DNA of 64,000 nucleotides, taken from positions 32,001 to 96,000 of the forward strand of contig JBIKUX010000005.1 of assembly GCA_044347345.1 (NCBI GenBank), given 5' to 3'. The position numbers were made by a program, and so were the translations under genes. Origin of the DNA: Bdellovibrionota bacterium. GTDB lineage: Bacteria; Bdellovibrionota_C; UBA2361; JBIKUX01. This document shows positions 30,867-41,406 of this stretch, piece by piece. How positions within the stretch are numbered: position 1 is the stretch's first letter; the number at the start of each line of letters is the position of its first letter. The notes under the pieces are model-generated. The model saw only the letters and a list, made by a program, of their open reading frames with translations. It did not search any database and was not told where the DNA came from.

Positions 30867-32054
30867 CTAGTTAAATTCTTTTAATAACATTCTATGCCAT
30901 TCGTGAAAAAACCGCTCAGGAGAAAACTGCCGAGAACGCTCTATGCAAGCAGAAGTAGATATATGCCCTTCTGCTTGCTCGATAAAATAACGTATCGCTA
31001 CAATAAGGTGTTCAACACAAACTCTGCCCACTTTTGCATTAAGTGACGCTCTAGGCATCAGTACTCCGGTAGTTAAAGGATTAAACGGGGGAGATGTACC
31101 AGGAGCTACACCAATTACGCTCTCAGCTACTCCACCTCTATTGACACCAATTACCGGGCGACCAGCCGCCATCACCTCTACTGGTATCATGCCAAAATCT
31201 TCAATTGCCGGAAAAACCAAGGCACGTGAAAGACCGTAAACTTCAGCTAGCTCATTATCGCTAATACGACCAAAAAATGTGATGTTTTTCTTTGCTACTG
31301 ACCTTAAAACCTTGGCATCTGGCCCATCACCTACCACCCAAAGTGGCAAACCTAAAGTGTTAAATGCCTCAATAACTACCTGAGCTCCCTTATAAGGAAC
31401 TAATGCCCCTGCAAAGAGAAAAGCTTCACCTTGTTTCGGTTTGGTAGTACTCGGCTCTAGATTTACAGCCTCTAAATTTACCGGGGATTTGATCCAAGAT
31501 GTATCCACAGGCGGATAAATTACTGAAGAATTCCTGCGATAAAAGCACCTGGCTCTGGCAGAAACAAATCTGCTTATAGACACAAGCTCATCTACTTTGG
31601 TACTACCGTTAAAATCCCACCTGCGAAGTGGTGCCAAAATTGGCCACAAAATATGCGAAGCGCACCGACCAAAATAAGCTTGTACTTGATCCCAGATGTA
31701 CCTCATTGGTGTGAAAAGATACACTATGTGGCGGGTTCCATGAGGTACTTTAACATTTTTTGCGGCCGCATGACTTAAAGATATCACTACATCATATTTG
31801 CCCGGCTCGATATTTATCGAGCGAACAGCTAGGGGAAATAATGGCAATAAACATCGGTAATATCTTTCAATTCTTGGAAGTTGTTGCAACCATGAAGTAC
31901 CCCGCACATGCTCGTCTATCAATGAGCTCGTAGCACCTGGAAGATGAAAAAGCGAGTAAACGTGAGCGTCTGGAAATAGCGTCAAAAACTGCTCTAGGCA
32001 ACGCTCTCCTCCTCGCATTCCGGTAAGCCAATCATGTATTAGTGCTACTCGCAT
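30867..32054 (-). CDS. Glycosyltransferase family 4
   Basis: HDWLTGMRGGE, TPMRYIWD, EDFGMIPVEVMAAG. Confidence 0.93.
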   Translation of the reverse strand: MRVALIHDWLTGMRGGERCLEQFLTLFPDAHVYSLFHLPGATSSLIDEHVRGTSWLQQLPRIERYYRCLLPLFPLAVRSINIEPGKYDVVISLSHAAAKNVKVPHGTRHIVYLFTPMRYIWDQVQAYFGRCASHILWPILAPLRRWDFNGSTKVDELVSISRFVSARARCFYRRNSSVIYPPVDTSWIKSPVNLEAVNLEPSTTKPKQGEAFLFAGALVPYKGAQVVIEAFNTLGLPLWVVGDGPDAKVLRSVAKKNITFFGRISDNELAEVYGLSRALVFPAIEDFGMIPVEVMAAGRPVIGVNRGGVAESVIGVAPGTSPPFNPLTTGVLMPRASLNAKVGRVCVEHLIVAIRYFIEQAEGHISTSACIERSRQFSPERFFHEWHRMLLKEFN

Positions 32055-32099
32055 TAAAAATTACCAAATAAAAATAGAAATAACCTGCCCTTACCGAGA

Positions 32100-33356
32100 C
32101 TATACAATTTGTAGTGCTGATTCATACACTCTTAAGGTCTGCTCCGATACAGAAGCAATGGAAAATCGTAATGAAGGAGGTTCTGGTACAGAGTCGCTGA
32201 CCCAAGCACTAGCCAGAGCATCAGCTAGAGAAGAACTAGAAAAATCTCTCGCTACAGTATCTGCCTTCCCAAGCAGTTCAGTTATTGCTGGAACAGGTGT
32301 TGTCACTACCGGTACTCCAGCCGCATGCGCCTCAAGAACTGGAATACAAAACCCTTCTACGGTTGATCCCACCAAAAGTAATCTAGCTTTTTGATACAGG
32401 TGTTCAAACAAGTCAGATGGCAGAGCACCATAAATTTTAATTATGCCCTTAGCACATGCATTATCAACAGCACTTAGTAAGGAGGGCGAAAGCTGCCTTC
32501 TCCATCCGTCATCTTTAAAGGCATACCCTGCCAAAGTAAGTGCGGCAGGAGAAGATAACGATGATGTGGTAGTAGAACACGCTGGCTCTAATAAACCACT
32601 ATTTTTAGCCATTAAAAATGCTTCAATAATTCTAGTTACCCCTTTATGAGGCTTACAATTTGATAAAACGGCAAGAATATCCGAGCGCTCTCTGAGAGGA
32701 TAACCTCTAACAGCGCTATCATTATTATCATCACCATCCGTGCTCCCATCTTTTTTAGCCGTACTGGCACAATTACCTTTATTTTTTGTCCATTCAATTT
32801 TTTCTGCTACTGAGCTTGGAGCGGCATTAGGTATGAGATTAATTCTACGGCCACTAAAAGAAAAACTCCTACTGAGAGAACTCAATGTTTTTCTACTTGC
32901 TTCGCTCACTGTAATTATTTCATTTGCACAAAATAGCGACCGAAGTAGTACAGGGCCTGTAATGAAGGGATAATACCACCGTTCAGGTGCTGAAAGATGA
33001 ATAATATCGTGGATAGTAACTACTGAAGGTATTTGCATTCGAATTGGCAAAGGATAATGTGGGGTATGAAAGAGGTCCCACTGATTAGCAGTTATCTCTC
33101 TACCTAATTGCCAAAATTCTCCTAAAGAATAAGGACGATGAGATGTAGTTACGATGTTAACAGAGCGTTTACTAAATAACTCAGTGTATCCTTTCTCAGT
33201 GTGTTTTTTCTCAGTGTGTTTGTTGACGAGAAGCGTCAAAGATACCCGAGCAAGGCATAAAGTGTTTGTAGTTAACCCTTCAATCAAACGCTCAAGATAA
33301 ACCCCTATTCCACCATCACCTAGCTTTCTTGCATCAAGGAGTAAACGGATTTTCAA
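32100..33356 (-). CDS. Glycosyltransferase family 4
   Basis: GGIGVY, VTIHD, EGFCIPVLEA. Confidence 0.9.
   Translation of the reverse strand: MKIRLLLDARKLGDGGIGVYLERLIEGLTTNTLCLARVSLTLLVNKHTEKKHTEKGYTELFSKRSVNIVTTSHRPYSLGEFWQLGREITANQWDLFHTPHYPLPIRMQIPSVVTIHDIIHLSAPERWYYPFITGPVLLRSLFCANEIITVSEASRKTLSSLSRSFSFSGRRINLIPNAAPSSVAEKIEWTKNKGNCASTAKKDGSTDGDDNNDSAVRGYPLRERSDILAVLSNCKPHKGVTRIIEAFLMAKNSGLLEPACSTTTSSLSSPAALTLAGYAFKDDGWRRQLSPSLLSAVDNACAKGIIKIYGALPSDLFEHLYQKARLLLVGSTVEGFCIPVLEAHAAGVPVVTTPVPAITELLGKADTVARDFSSSSLADALASAWVSDSVPEPPSLRFSIASVSEQTLRVYESALQIV
33180..33224. repeat. In-frame 15-bp tandem repeat x3 (HTEKK)
   Basis: CTCAGTGTATCCTTT / CTCAGTGTGTTTTTT / CTCAGTGTGTTTGTT. Confidence 0.85.
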
Positions 33357-33398
33357 GACTCAAACCTAACTTAAAATGCCAGCTTATTTACCAATTAA

Positions 33399-34430
33399 CT
33401 AGTCGTTTACCGCTTGAGCAGAAGATGCTTGAGCCGAGGATATAGCTACAACGGTTTTATCATCTTCTACACCTTGACGATGAACATTTCTAACTACGTA
33501 AGTCCGGCGCTGTTGCGACTCATAATAGGTACGAGCCAACATTTCAGCTAAAAGCCCAAACACCAAGAATTGTAAGCCCATTAAGCAAAGCATCACTCCA
33601 AGTGATAAAAGCGGCCTGTTACCCATGGGAACATTTTGTACGAGCCGCTGCCAAGTCAAAAAAAACAGGAGAGCTATACCGCCACTACCCATAAATAGCC
33701 CTACACTACCAAATAAGTGGATGGGTCGTTTTGAGTATCCGAGAAGGAATTTTACAGTGATAAGATCAAGAATAACTCGCACTGTTCTGGAAATACCATA
33801 CTTAGAGACCCCGTGCTGTCTTTCTCTATGATTAACCGGCACCTCAACGATACGCGCTCCCAGCTCGTCAGCAAGAGCTGGAATAAATCTGTGCATCTCA
33901 CCATAAAGCCGAATGCCGCGAGCAATATCACCTCGCATTACTTTTAACGTGCAGCCGTAATCATGAAGATGAACCTTAGTTATAAAGGATATTAATCTGT
34001 TAGCTATCAGGCTGGGCACCTTACGACTGATTAGGCGATCTTTGCGGTGTTTTCTCCATCCCGCTACCAAATCAGCACCACCTCTTAAAATCTCAACCAT
34101 TTTCGGAATCTCTTTTGGGTCGTTTTGAAGATCACCATCAAGAGATACCACCGTTTCGTAGCGTGTATAATAAAAACCAGCGGCCATAGCGGCGGTTTGA
34201 CCAAAATTGCGCCGAAACTCAACAACAACCACAGATTTATCGACCTTAGCGACCTCAAGTAATCGCGTAAGAGTACGATCTGAGGACCCATCATCAACAA
34301 AAATGATCTCATAAGGTTCTGCTAATGACTTAAGCACGTCACGAACCTCTTTATAGCAGTCAAACACATTGTCTTCCTCGTTATACACGGGAATTACTGC
34401 TGATATTCCTCGAGGCTCTAGTACCGACAT
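33399..34430 (-). CDS. Glycosyltransferase family 2 (ArnC/GtrB-like polyprenol-phosphate glycosyltransferase)
   Basis: IPVYNE, DDGSSD, RNFGQ, DGDLQNDP, two C-terminal TMs. Confidence 0.93.
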   Translation of the reverse strand: MSVLEPRGISAVIPVYNEEDNVFDCYKEVRDVLKSLAEPYEIIFVDDGSSDRTLTRLLEVAKVDKSVVVVEFRRNFGQTAAMAAGFYYTRYETVVSLDGDLQNDPKEIPKMVEILRGGADLVAGWRKHRKDRLISRKVPSLIANRLISFITKVHLHDYGCTLKVMRGDIARGIRLYGEMHRFIPALADELGARIVEVPVNHRERQHGVSKYGISRTVRVILDLITVKFLLGYSKRPIHLFGSVGLFMGSGGIALLFFLTWQRLVQNVPMGNRPLLSLGVMLCLMGLQFLVFGLLAEMLARTYYESQQRRTYVVRNVHRQGVEDDKTVVAISSAQASSAQAVND

Positions 34431-34651
34431 AGAAAATTCTCATTAGTTAGTATGTAGTGTAAACAAATATTTACATCTATTATAAAGTTTAAGTGATACT
34501 CAAACGTAATGGTAATATATCTTAAAAGTTTCTCATATACCGACAGCTCTAACCTTTGTATCTTCTGTTAGTACCAGACCAAGAGCTATCCTTTCTAAGT
34601 AGGTTTAATTCATCTAACGAAGTTAATGTTTTTTAAGCAGGTAACGTATAC

Positions 34652-35509
34652 GTGTTTCCCACAATTATTTTAGCTGGTGTAGCGATATTTTTCTCAACCT
34701 CATATCTAGTAATTAAATCAACAAATTTGCCAGCGGTTACTTTTGCTTTATTTCGTGGTCTAGTGCCAACTATTCTTCTATGGTCTATTCCATCTGTAAG
34801 ATCTGAGATCAAACGAAATTACTCCCTACCCTTAATTTCACTCGGATTTTTAACAGCGCTTAGAATTTTTGCTTGGATCTCAGCGGCAAAACTTGCACCA
34901 ATGGGGCTTGCATCAGTTGTGCTTTTTGTTTGGCCGGTATTTTTTGTTCTAGCAGATTCAATACGCCGCAAATCACCACCATCTTATACGGAATTTGGTG
35001 GAGCGCTTTGTGCATTTTTAGGGATAGCGATTGCTAGAGTAGGATTTCCAAGAGCTCTAACTACAGATGAATTTTTAGGATTAGTGCTAATATTTTTTGT
35101 CGCCATAGGCAATACATTTGTTTTGATGGTTAACCGTTCTTTACAAAATCGAATTTCACCAGAGGTATTGCTATTTTATGACACAGCTCTAGTAGGGTTA
35201 ATATTTCTCCCCTTTGCTGCTGAACCCATTATTGCCGCATCTTGGCAAGATTTAAAGATGGCTCTTTTTTTTGGATTTGCTTATGGCTGCCTAGGTTGGT
35301 ACCTGATGTTTCGTATCACCCAAACACTTCCAGCTCACATTACTGCGTTTGTAATGTATCTTGAACCAGCCGCAGCGATTGTCTTTGGTTGGCTGTTTCT
35401 TGATGAGCCTCTTACTTTTATCACCATCTTGGGAGGTCTTCTTTTAGCTTGTGGGGGCGTAATAACAAAACTACACTCTATTAAAAGTCTGGGCTCTGCC
35501 TCCAAGTAA
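34652..35509 (+). CDS. EamA/DMT family transporter
   Basis: About 10 TMs, YLEPAAAIVFGWLFLDE. Confidence 0.88.
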   Translation: MFPTIILAGVAIFFSTSYLVIKSTNLPAVTFALFRGLVPTILLWSIPSVRSEIKRNYSLPLISLGFLTALRIFAWISAAKLAPMGLASVVLFVWPVFFVLADSIRRKSPPSYTEFGGALCAFLGIAIARVGFPRALTTDEFLGLVLIFFVAIGNTFVLMVNRSLQNRISPEVLLFYDTALVGLIFLPFAAEPIIAASWQDLKMALFFGFAYGCLGWYLMFRITQTLPAHITAFVMYLEPAAAIVFGWLFLDEPLTFITILGGLLLACGGVITKLHSIKSLGSASK

Positions 35510-35539
35510 AATACCCCCAAGTAAAGTAAGAGTAGATAA

Positions 35540-36835
35540 CTATTGCTGGCGAGCTCTTGCTTTAGAATCTGTCAATAATTTCCAGATTAACTCCTCATAC
35601 TTATCTGTGATTGAATCCCAACTATACCGAGCTTTGGCTCTAATTTTTGCATGATGTCTGTATGCACCAAGTAGTTCAGCATTAGATAAGAGTCTGGGAA
35701 GCAGGTCAGCCAATTCAGAAAAATCATTTTTCTGATAGTAAGCACCTGCTCCACCCAAAACTTCGTAGTGTTCAGGCACTCCATTTGCTACTATAGCGTT
35801 TCCGTAAACCATAGCCTCAAGAAGCGCTGGATGAGTACCACCCACCTCTGAGGCTTGAATATAAAGAGCAGGGTGAGTCCGGAGTTCTCGGTAAGCTGCT
35901 CCAAACTGATATCCAGTAAATATGACTTTATCGTTTGCGGCTTCTCTTAGTAACTTTTTGTAACTAGATGCATACGGGGCGTCTCCTACTACCACCAAAG
36001 GCATCTCAAGTCCTGAGGCTACATAAGCCTGAATCACACCCAAGGCATTATTCTCTGGCTCAAGGCGACCGACATACAAAAGATAAGCTCCAGATACTAA
36101 TCCAAACTTAGCTAAAATATCTCCTGAGGGCACCGCCTCTTCCAGTGCACCGTAGTCGATATGAGTGCTGTCGCAATCGTAACGCGAGCAATAATACTGC
36201 TTAATAACAAGAGCATCAGTTACCACAACTGATGCAAACTGCACCGAACACCATTCACCTAAACGATACCAAGCGCGACCAATAGAGCTCCACTTAGTCC
36301 GCTTTCGCTCTATTCCGTCTACATTTATCGCTGTCGGAATGCCCGCTAAACGTGGAATACAAGCAAAGGGGCTTGTAGCGGCATTGCAGAGTATGATTAC
36401 ATCGGTGTCGCCTCGCATTGCTACATCTACAAGTGAACTAAATGCTGCAAGTGGAGTATCTAAATATTTGTGCCTGAGTGTAAAAGTTTTTCGGCACCGT
36501 ATTCCACGGTACAAAGTCTCCGGGTACAGAGACTGTGGATAACTAGACTGTGGGTACTTAGACTGTGGGTACTTAGACTGTGGGTACCAATCTTTCCGGT
36601 ACCGCGACTCATCGCTAAAATTATCATCAATAATATCAGATAAATACCTTCTACCGTATACCGTTACCGGATACCCCCTGGCCACAAGCTGAGAGCCAAG
36701 CTCCTCGGCAAATGTCTCGAAACCACCGTAACTAGCTGGAACTCCTCTAGTACCCATTATTGCTACACGGGGTCTCCAAACGGATTTCTTTAATAATAAT
36801 TCCATCAAAAATCTATATTTAACCAACTTAATCAA
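35540..36835 (-). CDS. Glycosyltransferase family 4 (DUF1972-type N-terminus)
   Basis: GTRGVPASYGGFETFAE, NVDGIE, GRLEPEN, EVGGTHPALLEAM. Confidence 0.92.
   Translation of the reverse strand: MIKLVKYRFLMELLLKKSVWRPRVAIMGTRGVPASYGGFETFAEELGSQLVARGYPVTVYGRRYLSDIIDDNFSDESRYRKDWYPQSKYPQSKYPQSSYPQSLYPETLYRGIRCRKTFTLRHKYLDTPLAAFSSLVDVAMRGDTDVIILCNAATSPFACIPRLAGIPTAINVDGIERKRTKWSSIGRAWYRLGEWCSVQFASVVVTDALVIKQYYCSRYDCDSTHIDYGALEEAVPSGDILAKFGLVSGAYLLYVGRLEPENNALGVIQAYVASGLEMPLVVVGDAPYASSYKKLLREAANDKVIFTGYQFGAAYRELRTHPALYIQASEVGGTHPALLEAMVYGNAIVANGVPEHYEVLGGAGAYYQKNDFSELADLLPRLLSNAELLGAYRHHAKIRAKARYSWDSITDKYEELIWKLLTDSKARARQQ
36515..36589. repeat. In-frame 15-bp tandem repeat x5 (YPQSK)
   Basis: AGACTGTGGGTACTT units; protein YPQSK YPQSK YPQSS YPQSL YPETL. 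Confidence 0.95.
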
Positions 36836-36969
36836 TAATCTTTTGCAACTTATGCTACAACAATAGCAAGTATGTAGATTAACAAAAAAATGACCGATAG
36901 GTAGTTACTAACTGGATGGGATAAGCCATACACATTTAATGGCGTTTGTTGTTTAATCGAGAAATTTAA

Positions 36970-39468
36970 GTGCAAAATTTTTTGGAGGATTTACTTCTTT
37001 CTACTTTATCCTGGTTTTTTACCTGGAACGGAGGGCTCATACTTGTTTGGCTAGGAGCAATTGCCGGAATTGGTTATCAATTCTTGCGGGGCAAAGGAAA
37101 TATGACCCCAGCATTAATTGGTTTTGGTTTTCTTCTAGCAGCGCTTTATCACATGTCGAAAGGTGAGTCTTTTGCTCGGTCAGTTGAAGAATATTTAAAG
37201 AGACGCGACTCTTCAGACTTTTATCGACCAGCAGCTCCCTTAGGAGAAAAACTATTTTCGTCTTTCCTTGGTGATCCATCCGAAAGGAGTTTTGTGTCTG
37301 AAATATTTCTTGTCTTTTTTGTCTGTTATATATTTATCGCACTTCTTGAGTCTTTTAGGGCTCGTAAAGGGCAAACAATAGGCAGTCAGTCGGCCTTAAG
37401 CTCTCTCTGGAGCCTATTTGCTCGTAAGCAACAAATTCGTCCTGCTCGTTCCTACACTAACGAGTTAGGTTCAGGAGATCTCGCTACCACAGAACAAATC
37501 CTTAAGTGGTGTAAACCTTCAGGTAAGCCTGGGGATACTGTTCTTAAAGTTACCGACCTTCGTGGCTCTGAAGGTATAGCCCTCAAGAACGGTGCGGTAG
37601 TCTGGCCCCGTGACATGCGTAATCGTCACATTCTAATTATTGCTAAAACAGGTAGCGGTAAAACTACAAAAATGATTTTACCTGTTCTCTATAGTGACTG
37701 CATATGTAAGACGCGCTCCACTATTGTTATCGACTCTAAACCTGAAATGTGGAAGAAGCTGGCAGGGCTAACCGCAAAGTATAACCCTGAAAAGGAGATT
37801 CTACTTTTTAATCCTCTAGACCGAATTAGAAGCTTAAGTTGGAACATTCTCTCCAAGATAAGTGACGATACAGACGCTAAGCTTATCGCGAACACTATCG
37901 TAATGGCTACCGATGTACCTGGTGCTAAATCAGACAGCCCTTTTTTTCGTAATAATGCTCTTGCTATCCTAAATGCGATAATGGTCGGGCTTCTTCATGA
38001 CCCCAATGATGTCTTATCAATGCCACGCATACATGAGCTTGTTCAATCAGGGATAAAACCCCTATGCTCGTGGCTTGAACAACATCCTCAAGCTTACCGA
38101 ACTACTAGAACATTTACCGAGCTTGCCAAATCTGGTTCACAAAATGCCGATACCATAATGTCGGAATTAAGTATGAGACTTGCCGCCTGGGATTTAACGG
38201 CGATAAGAGCGACAACTAGTGAAAATGAGTTGGATCTTGAAAAATTAATTGAAAAGCCAACGCTTCTTATAGTTGAGTTTCGAGAGTCAGAGCTCGAGAT
38301 GCTACGCCCAATGGCTAACGTAATCGTTGTAGAGATTCTCCGATTTCTCACCAAGCGTGCTGAACAGATGGAGGGAGTTACTCTGCCCCGGCCAGTAAGT
38401 TTAGTCATAGATGAGTTTGCTTCGGCACTAGGTCGCTTACCCGATATTCACGTTAAACTAAACACCATCAGATCTAGAAACGTCAGCATTTGTGCCGCGA
38501 TACAGTCTACTGCGCAAGTTAAGGCTAATTACGGCGACGATGCAGACTCCGTACTTGCTGGTTTCAGCACAAAGATATTCATGCCAGCGCTAGACTTGGT
38601 TGACTCCGAATGGGCCTCTAAGGAATCCGGTCAGATGACAATCAGATTTAAAACAGCTTCGATTGGTTCCAATAAAAAAATTATTGAATTCTTTGCGAGC
38701 CGAAACGATAGCGTGCAGGAGCAAGTGCAACAGCGCGCTGTGCTCACGCCTGACGAAATAGGTCGCCCTGTAGATAACATTTCTACCTTCTTTTTACCAA
38801 GTACCCCAGTGTTTCAAGGGTTTTTGGTGCCGTATTATGAAGATTCTGAAATAGGATCGCGTATCAATGAGGCTGAGCATTCTGAGACTGAATACCAGCT
38901 TCGTAATGAACCAATATCTTTTAAAGAAAAACTACCCGACCCTCCGACAACTGACCAATCGTCTGGTATGTTCATGCCTCTAGGAATATCGAATACTAAG
39001 GGGTGGAGTGATGAACAACTGCGTAGCAGACTAGAAGCTATTAAGAAAGATTACTTAGAATGGCCAAAAACCTCTGGTAGCGCTAAGAAGTGGTGGGAAT
39101 CTTTTGAAAGTGAAAATCAAAACAGGCTCGCTTTAGTTTTCCGTCTTGCAGAAGAACTTAAGAATCGTAAAGCTACCATTACCGAATTCTTTCTCTCATA
39201 CGTTTACAGTAATACAGATAATATCCAAGCTAACCTTCATTATCTTGACTACACCCGCATTAAAAAAGAAGAAGAGCGTAAGCGTAAAGAGGCTGCACAA
39301 CAAGCAGCTACCGAAAAGAATAATAGCGACAAAGATAACAAGACTAGTACATCAGAAGCTAAACCTTCAAGCAGCACTCCATCTCAAAAGGAAAATAAGG
39401 AAAATTCTGTTAATACTAATACCAATACAAAAACTAATAAGAGCGGAAACCAAGTAGCAGCCGCTTAA
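36970..39468 (+). CDS. VirD4/TraG-like type IV coupling protein with extra C-terminal domain
   Basis: N-terminal TMs, IIAKTGSGKT (Walker A), VIDSKPE, FNPLD...SWN, VIDEF (Walker B), AIQSTAQVKANYG, LTPDEI. Confidence 0.85.
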   Translation: MQNFLEDLLLSTLSWFFTWNGGLILVWLGAIAGIGYQFLRGKGNMTPALIGFGFLLAALYHMSKGESFARSVEEYLKRRDSSDFYRPAAPLGEKLFSSFLGDPSERSFVSEIFLVFFVCYIFIALLESFRARKGQTIGSQSALSSLWSLFARKQQIRPARSYTNELGSGDLATTEQILKWCKPSGKPGDTVLKVTDLRGSEGIALKNGAVVWPRDMRNRHILIIAKTGSGKTTKMILPVLYSDCICKTRSTIVIDSKPEMWKKLAGLTAKYNPEKEILLFNPLDRIRSLSWNILSKISDDTDAKLIANTIVMATDVPGAKSDSPFFRNNALAILNAIMVGLLHDPNDVLSMPRIHELVQSGIKPLCSWLEQHPQAYRTTRTFTELAKSGSQNADTIMSELSMRLAAWDLTAIRATTSENELDLEKLIEKPTLLIVEFRESELEMLRPMANVIVVEILRFLTKRAEQMEGVTLPRPVSLVIDEFASALGRLPDIHVKLNTIRSRNVSICAAIQSTAQVKANYGDDADSVLAGFSTKIFMPALDLVDSEWASKESGQMTIRFKTASIGSNKKIIEFFASRNDSVQEQVQQRAVLTPDEIGRPVDNISTFFLPSTPVFQGFLVPYYEDSEIGSRINEAEHSETEYQLRNEPISFKEKLPDPPTTDQSSGMFMPLGISNTKGWSDEQLRSRLEAIKKDYLEWPKTSGSAKKWWESFESENQNRLALVFRLAEELKNRKATITEFFLSYVYSNTDNIQANLHYLDYTRIKKEEERKRKEAAQQAATEKNNSDKDNKTSTSEAKPSSSTPSQKENKENSVNTNTNTKTNKSGNQVAAA

Positions 39469-39532
39469 AAAGCCCTATTTGTTTATTTAATGGGTTGCTT
39501 GCTTTATTAAGTGGAGGCGCAGAGGAAGAGGA

Positions 39533-41272
39533 TTAGGAGAGCGGGCCCAATCCGGTACTTTCTCTTAAATTGGGTGCGTCGTTTAAAAGTGTTGCACGGT
39601 CTGTACCAAGTGCGCTACAAGCAGCATCTACCAAAAATTGGAAATTGCTCTTTTTTGAAGAGTGTCCCTTTTGCATATCCAACTCATCTATCAATTTTAG
39701 TAAAAGTGGCCCAGCAACCTCTTTTAGTTCAGCTCGGCTAACACTATCATCGTTAAGACCGTACAAAAGCGTGATAAAAACTTTAAGATACATCTCCAAA
39801 TTTTTATCGCTATTTCTACCTCTGCCAAAGAATACGGCAAGTATGCCAACATTCACATTCACATTAAAATTATTTATCACTACTTTTAAATTATTCGTAA
39901 ACTCATTAACAACAGCCCGCTTGTCTTGGCCAGAGGTAGCATAATAGAAACGGCATACGAAAGCTTTTAAGGTTTCATTTCCATAAATTGTTTCAATATC
40001 TGGAGGCGTAATTCGATTTTCACCTGCTTCTTGAGCCTTCGTACTAAAACTGTTAATTAAACTTTGAAATTGTTCTTTTGTTGTAGTAGTCGAATTTGGC
40101 ACGGGTGTGTTAACCTCATACGTAACGACTCTTCGTGGCGCAGTGTAATTAACTAATCCTGTTCTTTCTAACATGCTTACAATTCTGTTCAGTTCTTGTG
40201 CAGTTAAATCACGATCTGGCGGCTGATTCATCCTAGCTAGCAGTTTGGCTATCTCTTTCTTAATATCAATAATATCACCGCTGTTATTAGTAACCCTTGA
40301 AACTATTGTACTAACCTTTAAATTTAGGTCTCTCAATTCTCTCTCAACATCTGTTATCTGTGTCCCGTAAAGGGCCCTAAGTTCCTCCAATTCTAGCCCC
40401 AGACTTGAAACTGCCCTTTCAACATTTCCAAGTCTTCCTTCAACATCACTCTTTAACATTTCTAGTGACGCTTTTATGGAATCTACAATACTACGTAAAC
40501 CATTATAATCTGTCTTTACTTCTCTAATAGCTTGCTGGTTTAGCATTGCTAGTTTTCCAATATCATCTATTTGCTGCGAATGGGTCTTAATAGTGCTTTG
40601 TATTTGACCTAACTGGTCTTGAAAACCTTGTATTGCTTGCCTGTTTTCCGCAATATTGCTGGTGTTTTTGTTAACCTGTTGAGTAAGTTTTCCTACGCTG
40701 GTTCTTAAATTTTCCAAATTGTGAAACAACTCTGTAATTTGAGTCTTATATTGATCTAGCACGGATTCAATATTAGTTACCCGACCTTCAAGAGTTTCTA
40801 TCGCCTGCGTGTTTTGAGCTATCGCAGCCGTGTTTAGGCCTACCTGTTGTTCTATTTGCTAAAAAAGCGTTTGAAGCCTTTCAGTGGTTTTTAAGGCTAA
40901 TTGGGCAGTCTTTTCAACATCCTGTAATCTACCTTCAAACCCGTCAAGCCTTTTGGCTTGGTCATACTGTGTTCTAAGTATTTGTTCTATAATAGTTTGA
41001 GTTCTAGTACGTTCCTCGTTGAGCTCTGTAATTTGTTTATCGTGGTAATCTAATCTGGTTCCATGATTAGCCTGTGTGTTTTGTAAAATCGTTATTTTGC
41101 TCTCCAAACCTGCAATTGTTGCTCGCAACTGATTAACTTGTGCTAGAGCTGCGTTTCCATCTGAATTGTTGCTTCGAGCTAAAAAAGCTTTATCAAACGA
41201 CGTTTAATCTACGACTTCAACATCGCGGTGAGGGATATCATCTCCATCTGGAGCAGGCAATAGATTGGCCAC
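39533..41272 (-). pseudogene. Long coiled-coil protein gene interrupted by two in-frame stops (TAA 41204-41206, TAG 40859-40861)
   Basis: ORFs 40859..41128 and 39533..40762 share a frame and the 32 codons between them continue the heptad pattern; frame traceable to GTG at 41272. Confidence 0.75.
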
Positions 41273-41406
41273 AAATTAATCTCGAAAATATAACACTAGT
41301 TAAACAAGTTAAACCGAATCTTAAGATACATCGTTTAAATACTAAGACAAGAAAAAAAGATGCTAGAGGCTTACAAAATTTAAGTGTTAATAATATCAGA
41401 TAGTTA

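Noticed and set aside
39533-41272. Genome-wide stop-codon reassignment (TAG/TAA = Gln)
   Set aside because: Conserved genes here end at TAA or TAG at the expected family C-termini (purS, pstB, ilvD, livF), so the code is standard
36970-41272. Integrative conjugative element around the VirD4-like gene
   Set aside because: No relaxase, VirB4, adjacent integrase or flanking direct repeats seen
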